The notes under the pieces were generated by a model. The model ran no database searches, had not been told where the DNA came from, and worked only from the letters and a program-made list of their open reading frames with translations. 64,000 nucleotides of DNA, taken from an uncultured Mobiluncus sp. (GTDB taxonomy: Bacteria > Actinomycetota > Actinomycetes > Actinomycetales > Actinomycetaceae). The stretch's first letter is position 1; every line of letters begins with the position of its first letter. The DNA lies in contig NZ_CAMUES010000009.1 in NCBI RefSeq assembly GCF_947087965.1, positions 8,695 through 72,694 on the forward strand. Direction: 5' to 3'. The position numbers and the translations under genes are program-made. Positions 1-8,648 of this stretch are shown here, piece after piece.

Positions 1-1034
1 CGGTCGCCAAGCGCGGCGCACACGGAGTAGGCGGCGGGACCCGGGTCGATGACGTGGGGCTCACCCCAGCTAATCTCAGCGGGGTCGAGAGGGCTCGTGG
101 GTGGCTCCGGGAGGGTTCCCAGTCGGACAACCAAGTTCTTGCGAGAAAACCAGTCTTGCAATTGGTCGTGGCTCTTTCCGCGAGACGGGTCCAGATCCTG
201 GTGGGGACGTGCCTCCGGAGGCTCCTCGGGCGGGTCGAGGCTGGTGAGGACCAGTGTTCCTTGATACATCGCTAATCCTGCGTTGCAACCGGGGTCCTTT
301 ACCTGCAAGGTCCGCATCGTCAAAGTTTGCCCGCCATCGGTTGAGAGCGCCCACAGGCGTTGCGGATAAGCGCGGGAGCTCATCAAAATATCTCCGTGGG
401 GAAGTTCCAACAGCTTGCTTTCGTCCCCACCAAGCAAGGTCCCGCCACGTTGCCAGGTGGCTCCGCCGTCATCAGAAAACACGATGAGGGCTTTGATGTC
501 TGAGGAGTTAACCCGACGTTCCACCATCGGCAGAAGAATCCGTCCCCGGTGCGAGCCAGTTGTGAGCTGAATGCCATTTCCGGATGCAAAGAAAAGGTTC
601 CCAGTCTCCTCAGTCCACAGCTGCGCGGTGATGTCTCGGTGGGACCAGGTTTCTGTGTCCTCGCTCAAACAGACGTAAAGTTTCCAGTTGTTTCCTGCCG
701 CGGCATCATCCCAGAAATTCATTCCCTGACTTGCCACGTAACCGCAAAGAATCCCTCCATCCTGCAAGGCCACCGGGCAAGCATCGCCAAAACCCCACCC
801 GTCACGGGCTGAAACCAACGGAACATAGGGTGTCCAGGAAATCCCCAAGTCATCACTAGAGCAGGTCAGCAAGGAGATGGGGCCGGGAAGGTCATGGAAG
901 TCGGGCCGTGAATCAAAGAATGCCAGCAAGCGATGTGGATGCACCGAATCCTCGGAGGTGAGCACGAGGGCCGGAATACGGAAGAATGCTTCGCCGTACT
1001 GGGGAAATAGACTGCGGGCGGATACTTTAACCAT
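1..1034 (-). CDS. Exo-alpha-sialidase (GH33-like, Asp-box propeller), 3' end truncated by the window edge
   Basis: Manual minus-strand translation from the ATG at 1034 is open to position 1: MVKVSARSLFPQYGEAFFRIPAL... It has the FRIP motif, Asp boxes (SDDLGISW, SDDGGATW, STDGGQT), and AAYS near the end. Absent from the ORF track because there is no stop codon in the window. Confidence 0.85.
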   Translation of the reverse strand, partial: MVKVSARSLFPQYGEAFFRIPALVLTSEDSVHPHRLLAFFDSRPDFHDLPGPISLLTCSSDDLGISWTPYVPLVSARDGWGFGDACPVALQDGGILCGYVASQGMNFWDDAAAGNNWKLYVCLSEDTETWSHRDITAQLWTEETGNLFFASGNGIQLTTGSHRGRILLPMVERRVNSSDIKALIVFSDDGGATWQRGGTLLGGDESKLLELPHGDILMSSRAYPQRLWALSTDGGQTLTMRTLQVKDPGCNAGLAMYQGTLVLTSLDPPEEPPEARPHQDLDPSRGKSHDQLQDWFSRKNLVVRLGTLPEPPTSPLDPAEISWGEPHVIDPGPAAYSVCAALGD

Positions 1035-1222
1035 CACGATTAGGATACTGCGAAGTTTCAGCGGGAAACCGGTTTTGCTCCCCAGAGATTTTTCGCCTCG
1101 CGAAAACCGTGGCCTAGTGTCGTCCAGATTCTAAGGCTGCGGAAAATCGTCTGCCAGACTATAACGGAGGGCGTTTTGGTGATGCTAACATAAACATGCC
1201 GTCATGCAGAAAGTAGGAAGTT

Positions 1223-2449
1223 ATGTCTGACCCGATGCCGCCCGCACCGATTCCGTCTGAATCCAACCCCACGCCGACCTCACCTCCTGAGGGGGATGCG
1301 GTCACAAAGAGCCGTAATGTGCCGTTGATTGGCATCATAGTTGCGTTGGCACTGTTATTGGTTGCCGGGATTATTTTGTTGGTGGTGTTGCTCGGGAAGG
1401 GGTCCGCCGGCGGTGAGGGAGCTGCCGGGACGTCCTCGGCTGCAGGAAAAACCGCGACAGTCCAGAAGGGTTCACAGGCTCAGAAACTGCAAACAGCCTT
1501 TGAACAGTACACCGAAATACTGGATGCCCCTGCCAAGTATCTGACTGCTTTAGATCTGGATAATTCAAGCGGAGCGTATAAATACGCCCTGACTGAGATG
1601 AATGGGGACGGTATTCCAGAACTGCTATTCGGTGCAGACGATGGTAATGGCCTGCTCAATGTGCAAGTTTTCTCTGCGGACGGGTCGGGAAATCCGTTTA
1701 TAGCGCCGTCTAAGGTCCTCCTGGATGGGGTTGCCGCGGGTGGAGGAACGCGGGCCTCCATTATGGGGAGTAAAACGGGGAATGGGATTATTCAAGTCCT
1801 TGGCAGCGCCTCGAATCCCCAGTGGCACTGCAATCGTATGGTGTTGCAAGGCTCCGAACTGGTAGAGAGCGAAAATTGTGACTTCACGATTGGTGAGTCC
1901 ACTCCAGTTTTGGGTGGGGATGGAGCCGAACTGCAGTGGTTGGATGTTTCGGATCGTTCCGCCTTGCAGAAGCTGGCGGGGCCGGCCGGAACTGCGGGGG
2001 CTAAGCAGCCCGCAGGGGGTAAATCTGCGAATCAGAAAGCCAAGGCTATTGCAGCGGCCAAAGCCCAAGGCAAGCAGGTGTTTGAAGGCACCATCCGGAT
2101 TATGAATCACGCGGAGCTAGTTGGTTTTCAAGGTGTCCCAGAGCCAAATCCCGACTATAGCGGGACATTTAAGTACGAAAAATACGCGATTCTGGTCTTT
2201 GATGGGACACAAACAGTGACAGGCATGAGCGGGGATGGAAGCGGCATGCAAACTGGTTCGGCGAAGCTGCTCTGTGTGGGTGCTTATTATCCGGGCGTAG
2301 ACAGTGTTGATACCACCCCCGAGTGGGTTCCTTACAACGGTAAAAGAGTCGTTGTCGCGGGAACTGCAGAAGACGTGGGGTGGCCTTCGGATACAAGCCT
2401 GCCGTTGGGGGAGCCCAGAGGTGGTGGAGAGATTATTTTTGCGGAGTGA
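1223..2449 (+). CDS. Membrane-anchored extracytoplasmic protein of unknown function
   Basis: 408-aa ORF: Pro-rich N-terminus, one strong TM helix (LIGIIVALALLLVAGIILLVVLL), Gly/Ala linkers, and an EMNGDGIPELL calcium-binding-like loop. RBS-like AGGAAG upstream. Confidence 0.75.
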   Translation: MSDPMPPAPIPSESNPTPTSPPEGDAVTKSRNVPLIGIIVALALLLVAGIILLVVLLGKGSAGGEGAAGTSSAAGKTATVQKGSQAQKLQTAFEQYTEILDAPAKYLTALDLDNSSGAYKYALTEMNGDGIPELLFGADDGNGLLNVQVFSADGSGNPFIAPSKVLLDGVAAGGGTRASIMGSKTGNGIIQVLGSASNPQWHCNRMVLQGSELVESENCDFTIGESTPVLGGDGAELQWLDVSDRSALQKLAGPAGTAGAKQPAGGKSANQKAKAIAAAKAQGKQVFEGTIRIMNHAELVGFQGVPEPNPDYSGTFKYEKYAILVFDGTQTVTGMSGDGSGMQTGSAKLLCVGAYYPGVDSVDTTPEWVPYNGKRVVVAGTAEDVGWPSDTSLPLGEPRGGGEIIFAE

Positions 2450-2529
2450 TTCGGGCTGGTCGTTTCGCAACTTGCCGTGGCAAATGTTATTCTCAATAGT
2501 CTTGTGTTGGCGTTTCGCGCCAACCTTCA

Positions 2530-2606
2530 GGACCTATAGCTCAGTTGGCTAGAGCGCCACGTTTACACCGTGGATGTCGGGGGTTCGAGTCCCTCTGGGT
2601 CCACCA
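2530..2606 (+). tRNA. tRNA-Val (TAC)
   Basis: GGACCTATAGCTCAGTTGGCTAGAGC D-arm, anticodon arm CCACG-TTTACAC-CGTGG, GGTTCGAGTCC T-arm, encoded CCA end. Confidence 0.97.
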
Positions 2607-2883
2607 GTGTTTTGTGAGGATGGGGTTTATCCCCATCCTCACAAAACAATTTACGGGCCAGAGGAACTCGAACCCGTGAGGGGCAGCGCCGCCCGAAAAC
2701 GCGGGAGCGTTTTCAGGCGCTGGCGTGAGAAATCGAAGATTTCGAGCGGGCGGTTATTTTGCGCAGCAAAATCACTGAGTCTCTCTGGGTCCACTTTTTT
2801 GTCGGGCGGGTTTATTCCGTCCGAAAATATTTAAAGGGGTTGGGGACTCGAACCCGTGAGGGGCAGCGCCGCCTGAAAACGCG
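2607..2883. repeat. tRNA-linked palindromic tandem repeat (~180-190 bp period, about 1.5 units)
   Basis: 38-bp direct repeat at 2666-2703 and 2846-2883 (1 mismatch). Copy of the tRNA 3' end at 2777-2794 (17/18 to 2587-2604). Perfect 18-bp inverted repeat at 2608-2648. Inverted T-arm copies at 2658-2675 and 2843-2855. Confidence 0.85.
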
Positions 2884-3200
2884 CATTAGGTCGTTGAATA
2901 GAAATCATACAAAATATGGCTAATTATTTTACTTAATAGGCATCGTCAACCGTGAATAGCTCTGGGTTAGAGCGCACGGTTGGTAAGTCTAGGTAATCTT
3001 GATAGGCTTCGTTGCCTGATGGTAGATAGCCCAGATACTCTGGGCATCAGAGTTATCAGGAGAAAGCGGACTATCGTTGATCGTTAACCGTGTCCTCTCC
3101 AAACATTTGTGCTTGTAATTCCCCGCCAGATTGCGGGGAAAACCCTGCCCAGATCGTCTGATTCGCGCTCGCACCCGCCCGACGCGATAGAGTAAACCCC

Positions 3201-3887
3201 GTGCGAGTGGAAAATTTGCTGCCCAGAGGGCTGGTGTCTTACCAGGAAGCGGACCGGATTCAGCGCGACACCTGGGCACAGGTGCGCGACGGGGAACTTG
3301 ACCACACCCTCATCTTGGGACAGTTCGAACCGACCTATACCGCCGGACGCAACACCCACGACAACGACCTCATCAACAAAGACTTGCCGGTCATTCGCAC
3401 CGACCGGGCCGGGTCGCTCACCTGGCACGGGCCGGGTCAGCTGGTGGTCTATCCGGTGGTGAGGCTGCGCGAGCCGGTGGACCTGATTGCCTACATTCGC
3501 GCGGTGGAAGGCGCAGTCATCGACGCGGTTCGCGACACTTGGGGCTTGGACGTTGAGATCGTGAAGGGCCGTGCGGGAGTGTGGCTGCGCTACCGTGACG
3601 CCTCGGGGCGCACCGCCGCCGAGCGGGGGACGGGACGCGACCGCAAACTGTGCGCCATCGGCTTGAAAGTCGTACAAAACGCAACCCTGCACGGGCTGGC
3701 GCTCAACATTCACCCGGATTTCAACCGCGCTTTCACGGGCATCATTCCCTGCGGGCTCAACGATGCCGGGGTCACCTCCCTGTTCGAGGAGGGTATCGAA
3801 ACGGACTTCGACACCGCCGCAAAAGTCCTAGTGGACCAGCTCACCGCGAAACTCACCCCCCTGCTGGCTCCGTTTTCAGAAATTTAG
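3201..3887 (+). CDS. lipB: Lipoyl(octanoyl) transferase
   Basis: YTAGR, DRAGSLTWHGPGQLVVYP, RKLCAIG, TLHGLALN and IIPCG motifs. Confidence 0.95.
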   Translation: MRVENLLPRGLVSYQEADRIQRDTWAQVRDGELDHTLILGQFEPTYTAGRNTHDNDLINKDLPVIRTDRAGSLTWHGPGQLVVYPVVRLREPVDLIAYIRAVEGAVIDAVRDTWGLDVEIVKGRAGVWLRYRDASGRTAAERGTGRDRKLCAIGLKVVQNATLHGLALNIHPDFNRAFTGIIPCGLNDAGVTSLFEEGIETDFDTAAKVLVDQLTAKLTPLLAPFSEI

Positions 3888-3936
3888 GGACTGAAGACCC
3901 TGACGCGAGCCGTCGAAGTGGTCTAGCATTTAGTTT

Positions 3937-5745
3937 ATGAACACAAAGAAGTCTTCAGCTCGTAAACCCTTTGGCCGTCCCAGCAAAGATACCTATGACG
4001 TCATCGTCGTTGGTTCCGGAGCTGCCGGCCTGTCCGCTTCTCTGACCGCCGCGAGGCGTGGTCTGAAAGTTTTGATGGTCGAAAAAAGCGACCAGTGGGG
4101 AGGTTCGACCTCCAAATCCGCCGGCATGGTGTGGGTACCCGGAAACAACGTTTTCGCTCGACTCGGAGGCTCGGATTCCACTGACCTGGGCCGCCAATAC
4201 ATGAAGGCAACGGTGGGGGACTGCACCAGCGATGAAATGATTGACACCTTCCTGGAGGAAGGCAAGAAGTGCATGGACTTCCTCACCGCTTCGTGCCCCT
4301 ACCTGGAGTTTAGGCGGATGGAAGGCTACCCCGACTATTGGCTGGACGCCCCGGGCGCGGCCAAAAACGGGCGCGGCGTCGAAGCGGGTGCTTTCGATAC
4401 CCGCCTGTTGGGGCCGTGGGAGAAAACTCACGTCAAGGCGTACTTCCGCCCCATGTCTCCGGTGGACATGAACTCTTATGATTCGGCCGATTTGCTGCTG
4501 GCCATGACCGACCTGCGTCCCTGGGTGCGGGGTATGAAACTGTTGTGGCGCAACCTGAAACATTACGCCAAAGGCGAGCGCCCGCTCACTATGGGCGCGG
4601 GCTTGACCGCTGCCATTATGTACTCCGTCCTGCGTGAGGGAGTGGAAGTGAAACTGCAAAACGCCCTGGTCGACTTCCTCACCGAGGGCGGCGATGCAGG
4701 CAAGAAAGGCAAAGGGGAGGAGCGCGTGACCGGCGTCGTACTGGAACACAACGGCACCCGGTACCAAATCAACGCGACCCACGGCGTCATCCTGGCTTGT
4801 GGCGGCTTTGAACGCAACGAAGCGATGCGGCAAAAGTATCAACGCCACCCCATCACCGGCACCTGGACCGTAGGCGTGGAAGGCAACACGGGCGACGGCA
4901 TCGAACTGGGTATGAAACACGGCGCGGCCATCGACAACATGGCTGATGCCATCTGGTCGCCGGTCATTAAGCTGCCGCGCACCGAAGGGTTCCAGCCCAT
5001 CGTGATTGAGGACGAGGAACGCTTCATCATTCCCGACCGCTCCCTGCCGCACACCCTGATGGTCAACGGCAAGGGCAAGCGGTTCATGAACGAAGCCCTG
5101 CCCTATTGCGCGGCCGGCCAAGGCCTGTACGGCGGTGTCTTTGGGAAAGGCGAGGGCGACGCCGAAAACATGCCGGCATGGCTGATTTTCGATCAGCAGT
5201 TCCGTGACAAATACTTCTTTGCCTACGGTCATATGCCCCGCGTAGAACTGCCCGACATCTATTACGAATCCGGCGCCCTGGTGCGCCGCGACACCCTGGA
5301 TGAGCTGGCCGAAGCCATCGACGTGCCGCCAGACGCCTTAGCAGAGACGATTGAGCGGTTCAACGGTTTCGCAGACCGCGGCATCGACGAGGACTTCCAT
5401 CGTGGCGAAAACGAACACGACAAGTTCTATGCCAACCGCTACCATCACCCGAACCCCTCGCTGGGACGCTTGGAAAAGGGTCCGTTCTATGCCACCCAGG
5501 TGTACCCCGGCGACATCGGCACCGCCGGCGGTTTGGTCATCGACACCAAAGCCCGCGTCACGCGTGAGGACGGCAGTGTTATCCCCGGCCTGATGGCGGC
5601 TGGCAACACGACCAAGTCGGTCATCGGACACACCTACACGGCCGGAGGCACCTCCATCGGGGCCGCGCTGGTCTTTGGTTACATCGCCGCCAACACCGCT
5701 GCTGACGAGGCTTTCGCCGACAATCCGGTGTTCGTAGCGCACTAG
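3937..5745 (+). CDS. kstD: FAD-dependent oxidoreductase, 3-ketosteroid-delta1-dehydrogenase (KstD)-like
   Basis: GSGAAG FAD motif followed by EKSDQWGGSTSKSAGMVWVPGN. Also YPDY, GGFERNEAMRQKYQRHPITGTWTVG..NTGDG, RFMNEALPY...YGGVFGKGEG..ENMPAWLIFDQ, DIGTAGGL and HTYTAGGTSIG, all resembling actinobacterial KstD. Confidence 0.75.
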   Translation: MNTKKSSARKPFGRPSKDTYDVIVVGSGAAGLSASLTAARRGLKVLMVEKSDQWGGSTSKSAGMVWVPGNNVFARLGGSDSTDLGRQYMKATVGDCTSDEMIDTFLEEGKKCMDFLTASCPYLEFRRMEGYPDYWLDAPGAAKNGRGVEAGAFDTRLLGPWEKTHVKAYFRPMSPVDMNSYDSADLLLAMTDLRPWVRGMKLLWRNLKHYAKGERPLTMGAGLTAAIMYSVLREGVEVKLQNALVDFLTEGGDAGKKGKGEERVTGVVLEHNGTRYQINATHGVILACGGFERNEAMRQKYQRHPITGTWTVGVEGNTGDGIELGMKHGAAIDNMADAIWSPVIKLPRTEGFQPIVIEDEERFIIPDRSLPHTLMVNGKGKRFMNEALPYCAAGQGLYGGVFGKGEGDAENMPAWLIFDQQFRDKYFFAYGHMPRVELPDIYYESGALVRRDTLDELAEAIDVPPDALAETIERFNGFADRGIDEDFHRGENEHDKFYANRYHHPNPSLGRLEKGPFYATQVYPGDIGTAGGLVIDTKARVTREDGSVIPGLMAAGNTTKSVIGHTYTAGGTSIGAALVFGYIAANTAADEAFADNPVFVAH

Positions 5746-5766
5746 CCCTACCGGGCCAACAGACTT

Positions 5767-5808
5767 TCCGGGAACTTCACCGCGTGGTGAGGTTCCCGGA
5801 TTGTTTTG
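5767..5808 (+). terminator. Intrinsic terminator-like hairpin after the kstD-like gene
   Basis: TCCGGGAACTTCACC-GCGT-GGTGAGGTTCCCGGA followed by TTGTTTTG. Confidence 0.65.
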
Positions 5809-5920
5809 TAGCGTGTGCACTGTCATGTGTGTACTGTCGGGGGAACGGTGGTGAGGCTGGCGGAAAAACGTGGGTAAAATGAACAGAGAATGTCCCCAAA
5901 CCGACTGAGGGAGAGCCACT

Positions 5921-6955
5921 ATGTCCACGCTGGAGTCCGCGCAGCACCGAAAACCGTTGCGCCTGGAAGTGGCCAATGCGCGCCAACCTCGTGAGAACCA
6001 TCCGCGCTGGCTGCGGGTGGTGGCAAAAGCCGGGCCGGAATACCAGGAAATGCGTTCCCTTATGCAGGGGGCGGGGCTGCACACGGTTTGCGCCGAAGCG
6101 GGATGCCCCAACATTTTTGAATGCTGGGAAGACCGGGAGGCGACTTTCCTCATTGGCGGGGCCGTGTGTACGCGCCGGTGCGGGTTTTGCGACGTGGCTT
6201 CGGGCAAGCCGGAGGGCTACGACCGTGACGAGCCGCGCCGCCTCGCGGAAACGGTCAAGCATCTGGGGCTGAAATATGTGACGGTCACCGGAGTGTCTCG
6301 CGATGACCTGGAAAACGGGGCGTCGTGGCTCTATGCCGAGTCGGTCCGCCAGATTCGCGCGCTCTGTCCCGAAACCGGAGTGGAACTGCTGGTCGACGAT
6401 TTTCAAGGCAAAACTGCGGCCCTGGAGGAAGTTTTTGCGAGCGAGCCCCAAGTCTTTGGCCACAACTTGGAAACTGTGGCGCGCCTGATGCACACGGTGC
6501 GTCCCGCGTTCACCTACGCGCGCTCCTTGGACGTCATCACCCAAGCCAAACAGTTTGGGCTCATCACGAAGTCGAACCTGATGCTGGGGCTGGGCGAAGA
6601 ACCCGAGGAAATAGAAGCGACCATGCGCGATATGCTGAACGCGGGGGTAGATATCTTAACCCTGACCCAATACTTGCGCCCCTCCGAGCGGTACCTGCCG
6701 GTGGTGCGCTGGGTCAAGCCCGAAGAATTTGTGCAGCTCAAGGAGCTGGCGTTGGACATGGGGTTTGCTGCGTGCATGTCGGGGCCGCTGGTGCGCTCCT
6801 CGTATCGTGCCGGCAAACTGTGGGCCCAGGCGATGCGGCACTACGAGCGTTTCATTCCGCCCCAGTTCGCGCATCTGGAACAGGACCGACCGCCGGCTCG
6901 TCAAGAAGCCGAAGCGGTCGTGGAACGGGAAAAACAGCGGCAATCGCGCGCCTGA
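5921..6955 (+). CDS. lipA: Lipoyl synthase (radical SAM)
   Basis: [12 protein letters not shown] (CX4CX5C), CTRRCGFC (CX3CX2C), HNLETV, VRSSY. Confidence 0.97.
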   Translation: MSTLESAQHRKPLRLEVANARQPRENHPRWLRVVAKAGPEYQEMRSLMQGAGLHTVCAEAGCPNIFECWEDREATFLIGGAVCTRRCGFCDVASGKPEGYDRDEPRRLAETVKHLGLKYVTVTGVSRDDLENGASWLYAESVRQIRALCPETGVELLVDDFQGKTAALEEVFASEPQVFGHNLETVARLMHTVRPAFTYARSLDVITQAKQFGLITKSNLMLGLGEEPEEIEATMRDMLNAGVDILTLTQYLRPSERYLPVVRWVKPEEFVQLKELALDMGFAACMSGPLVRSSYRAGKLWAQAMRHYERFIPPQFAHLEQDRPPARQEAEAVVEREKQRQSRA

Positions 6956-6979
6956 GTGCGCGGGCGGGTGTTTCGGGGG

Positions 6980-8599
6980 TTATTGGAACAGCGCCAGAAG
7001 GCCTTGCCGGTCAGGTTTGCCGTTCGAGTTTAGCGGGATATGGTTCACGAGGCGCAAGGCTCGGGGGAGTTCCGCTTTCGTCAGGTGAGAGCGGGCGAAG
7101 TCTTGGAGTTGTTCCAAGTTGAGCGGTTCCGCGTTTTCGGGTGTGTCGGGGGTTTGCACCACCACCGCGGCCACGATTTCACCCCAAGTCGGGTCGGGAA
7201 CCCCGACGACCCGCGCTTCTGACACCCCCGGATGACGCGAGAGCACCGCGGCGACCCGCTGGGAAAAGACCTTTTCCCCGCCGGAGTTAATCGTGTCGGT
7301 CAGGCGTCCCACCAGGTGAAGGAAACCGTCAGCATCAAAAAATCCCAAGTCCCCGGTCCGTAACCAGCCCGTATGCGAGTCAATGAGGGCGGCGTTCAGT
7401 TCCGGATTGCGGAAGTATTCCCGCGTCACGCTGGGGCCGCGGCATTCCAGCTGGCCAATCACCCCAGGTTCGACCGGTTTTCCCGCTCCATCAACAGCAC
7501 GCAGCTCGATATGCGGAAACGCCCGGCCTACCGCCAGCTCGCGCCCCGCCATGATGTCCGTGGTCAGGGCGGCTCCCGACGCGCTTTGCTCGGTCATGCC
7601 CCAAATGTTGATGGGGTTCCACCCCAAGCCAATCATGTCAGCGGCCAGCTGTTCATCCCACGGCGCGCCGCCCACCAGGGCTTTTGTGAACCGTGACGTG
7701 TCTATCGGCCGCCCGGATTGCGCCGCCTGCCGGACCTCGCGCACCAGCATCCGGTACATGGTCGGCACCGCGAACATCATCTGGACACGATACTTCTCGA
7801 TAGCGGCGAGGACGGCGGCCGCATCAAACTTTTCAAAAATGACGATCGTGCCGCCGTGGGAAAAAATATCCGTAGTCGTGCCGTTGAACCCGCCGATGTG
7901 CGACAGGGGAGCCGTGACCGCCTCGACGGTGGCCGGAGAATACTCGAACACTTCGCGGAAATTCGTGCAGCCCCACCACAGATTTTTGTACGTCAGCAGC
8001 GTGCCTTTCGGGTGAGCGGAGGTGCCGGAGGTATAGATAATCGCGCCGGGCACGTCCTCTCCGCACTCGGGCAGGTTGTCGAGCATTTTGGTGGCCGCGA
8101 GCGCCAATGTTACGGGCGGGGCCGAGTCATCGCGCGGCTCTAGGCAATCCTCCAGGTCAGAGTACGTCACGAGGCGGGGGCGAGGGTTCGCGGTGAGGTC
8201 GCAGCCCGTCAGCTTTTCGTGCTGGGCGGGGTCACAAATGATGATTTTCGGTTCACAATGCGCCAGGATTTTCGCCAACTCCGGGGCTGGGAGATTTTGA
8301 TCCAAGGGCACTGTAATCGCCGGAATGGCCGCGGCGGCCACGAAAGTCAGCAGATGCCAGGGGGAGTTTTTTCCAATCACGACCACGCGCTCGCCGGGCG
8401 CAACGCCCCAAGACCGGAACTGGAGTGCCAGCTGGGTGGCGCGCGCCAGTGTTTGGGCCACGTTCCAAGTCGGCGGGGCAAAACTAGGCTCAGCGATGGT
8501 CTCGGCGCTGACTCCCTGGGCAATCCAAATCATCGAAGTGCGTCCAGGGTGGCGTAAAGCGGCTGCTTGCAGGAATTTCATCGGGGAATAATCGACCAC
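6980..8599 (-). CDS. AMP-forming acyl-CoA synthetase
   Basis: IIYTSGTSAHPKG, WGMTE, WLRTGDLG, INSGGEKV and C-terminal NGKPDR adenylation motifs. Confidence 0.9.
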   Translation of the reverse strand: MVDYSPMKFLQAAALRHPGRTSMIWIAQGVSAETIAEPSFAPPTWNVAQTLARATQLALQFRSWGVAPGERVVVIGKNSPWHLLTFVAAAAIPAITVPLDQNLPAPELAKILAHCEPKIIICDPAQHEKLTGCDLTANPRPRLVTYSDLEDCLEPRDDSAPPVTLALAATKMLDNLPECGEDVPGAIIYTSGTSAHPKGTLLTYKNLWWGCTNFREVFEYSPATVEAVTAPLSHIGGFNGTTTDIFSHGGTIVIFEKFDAAAVLAAIEKYRVQMMFAVPTMYRMLVREVRQAAQSGRPIDTSRFTKALVGGAPWDEQLAADMIGLGWNPINIWGMTEQSASGAALTTDIMAGRELAVGRAFPHIELRAVDGAGKPVEPGVIGQLECRGPSVTREYFRNPELNAALIDSHTGWLRTGDLGFFDADGFLHLVGRLTDTINSGGEKVFSQRVAAVLSRHPGVSEARVVGVPDPTWGEIVAAVVVQTPDTPENAEPLNLEQLQDFARSHLTKAELPRALRLVNHIPLNSNGKPDRQGLLALFQ

Positions 8600-8648
8600 A
8601 GTTCTAGGTTACCAACGGGAGCAAATCGAAGTTCGCTAGGATGAGAGT

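Noticed and set aside
49..1134. Short ORFs listed in the track for this region
   Set aside because: They are shadows of the minus-strand sialidase frame.
2607..2883. Possible CRISPR array
   Set aside because: Only two copies with a ~180-bp period, tRNA-derived content, and no cas genes.
2952..2995. tRNA-Thr(GGT)-like 5' fragment (ATAGCTC...TAGAGCGCAC..TTGGTAAG)
   Set aside because: The anticodon stem does not pair and there is no T-arm or acceptor 3' strand; it may be chance similarity within a degenerate AT-richer stretch.
2607..3200. Integrated genomic island at tRNA-Val
   Set aside because: No integrase or cargo; core lipB resumes about 600 bp after the tRNA.
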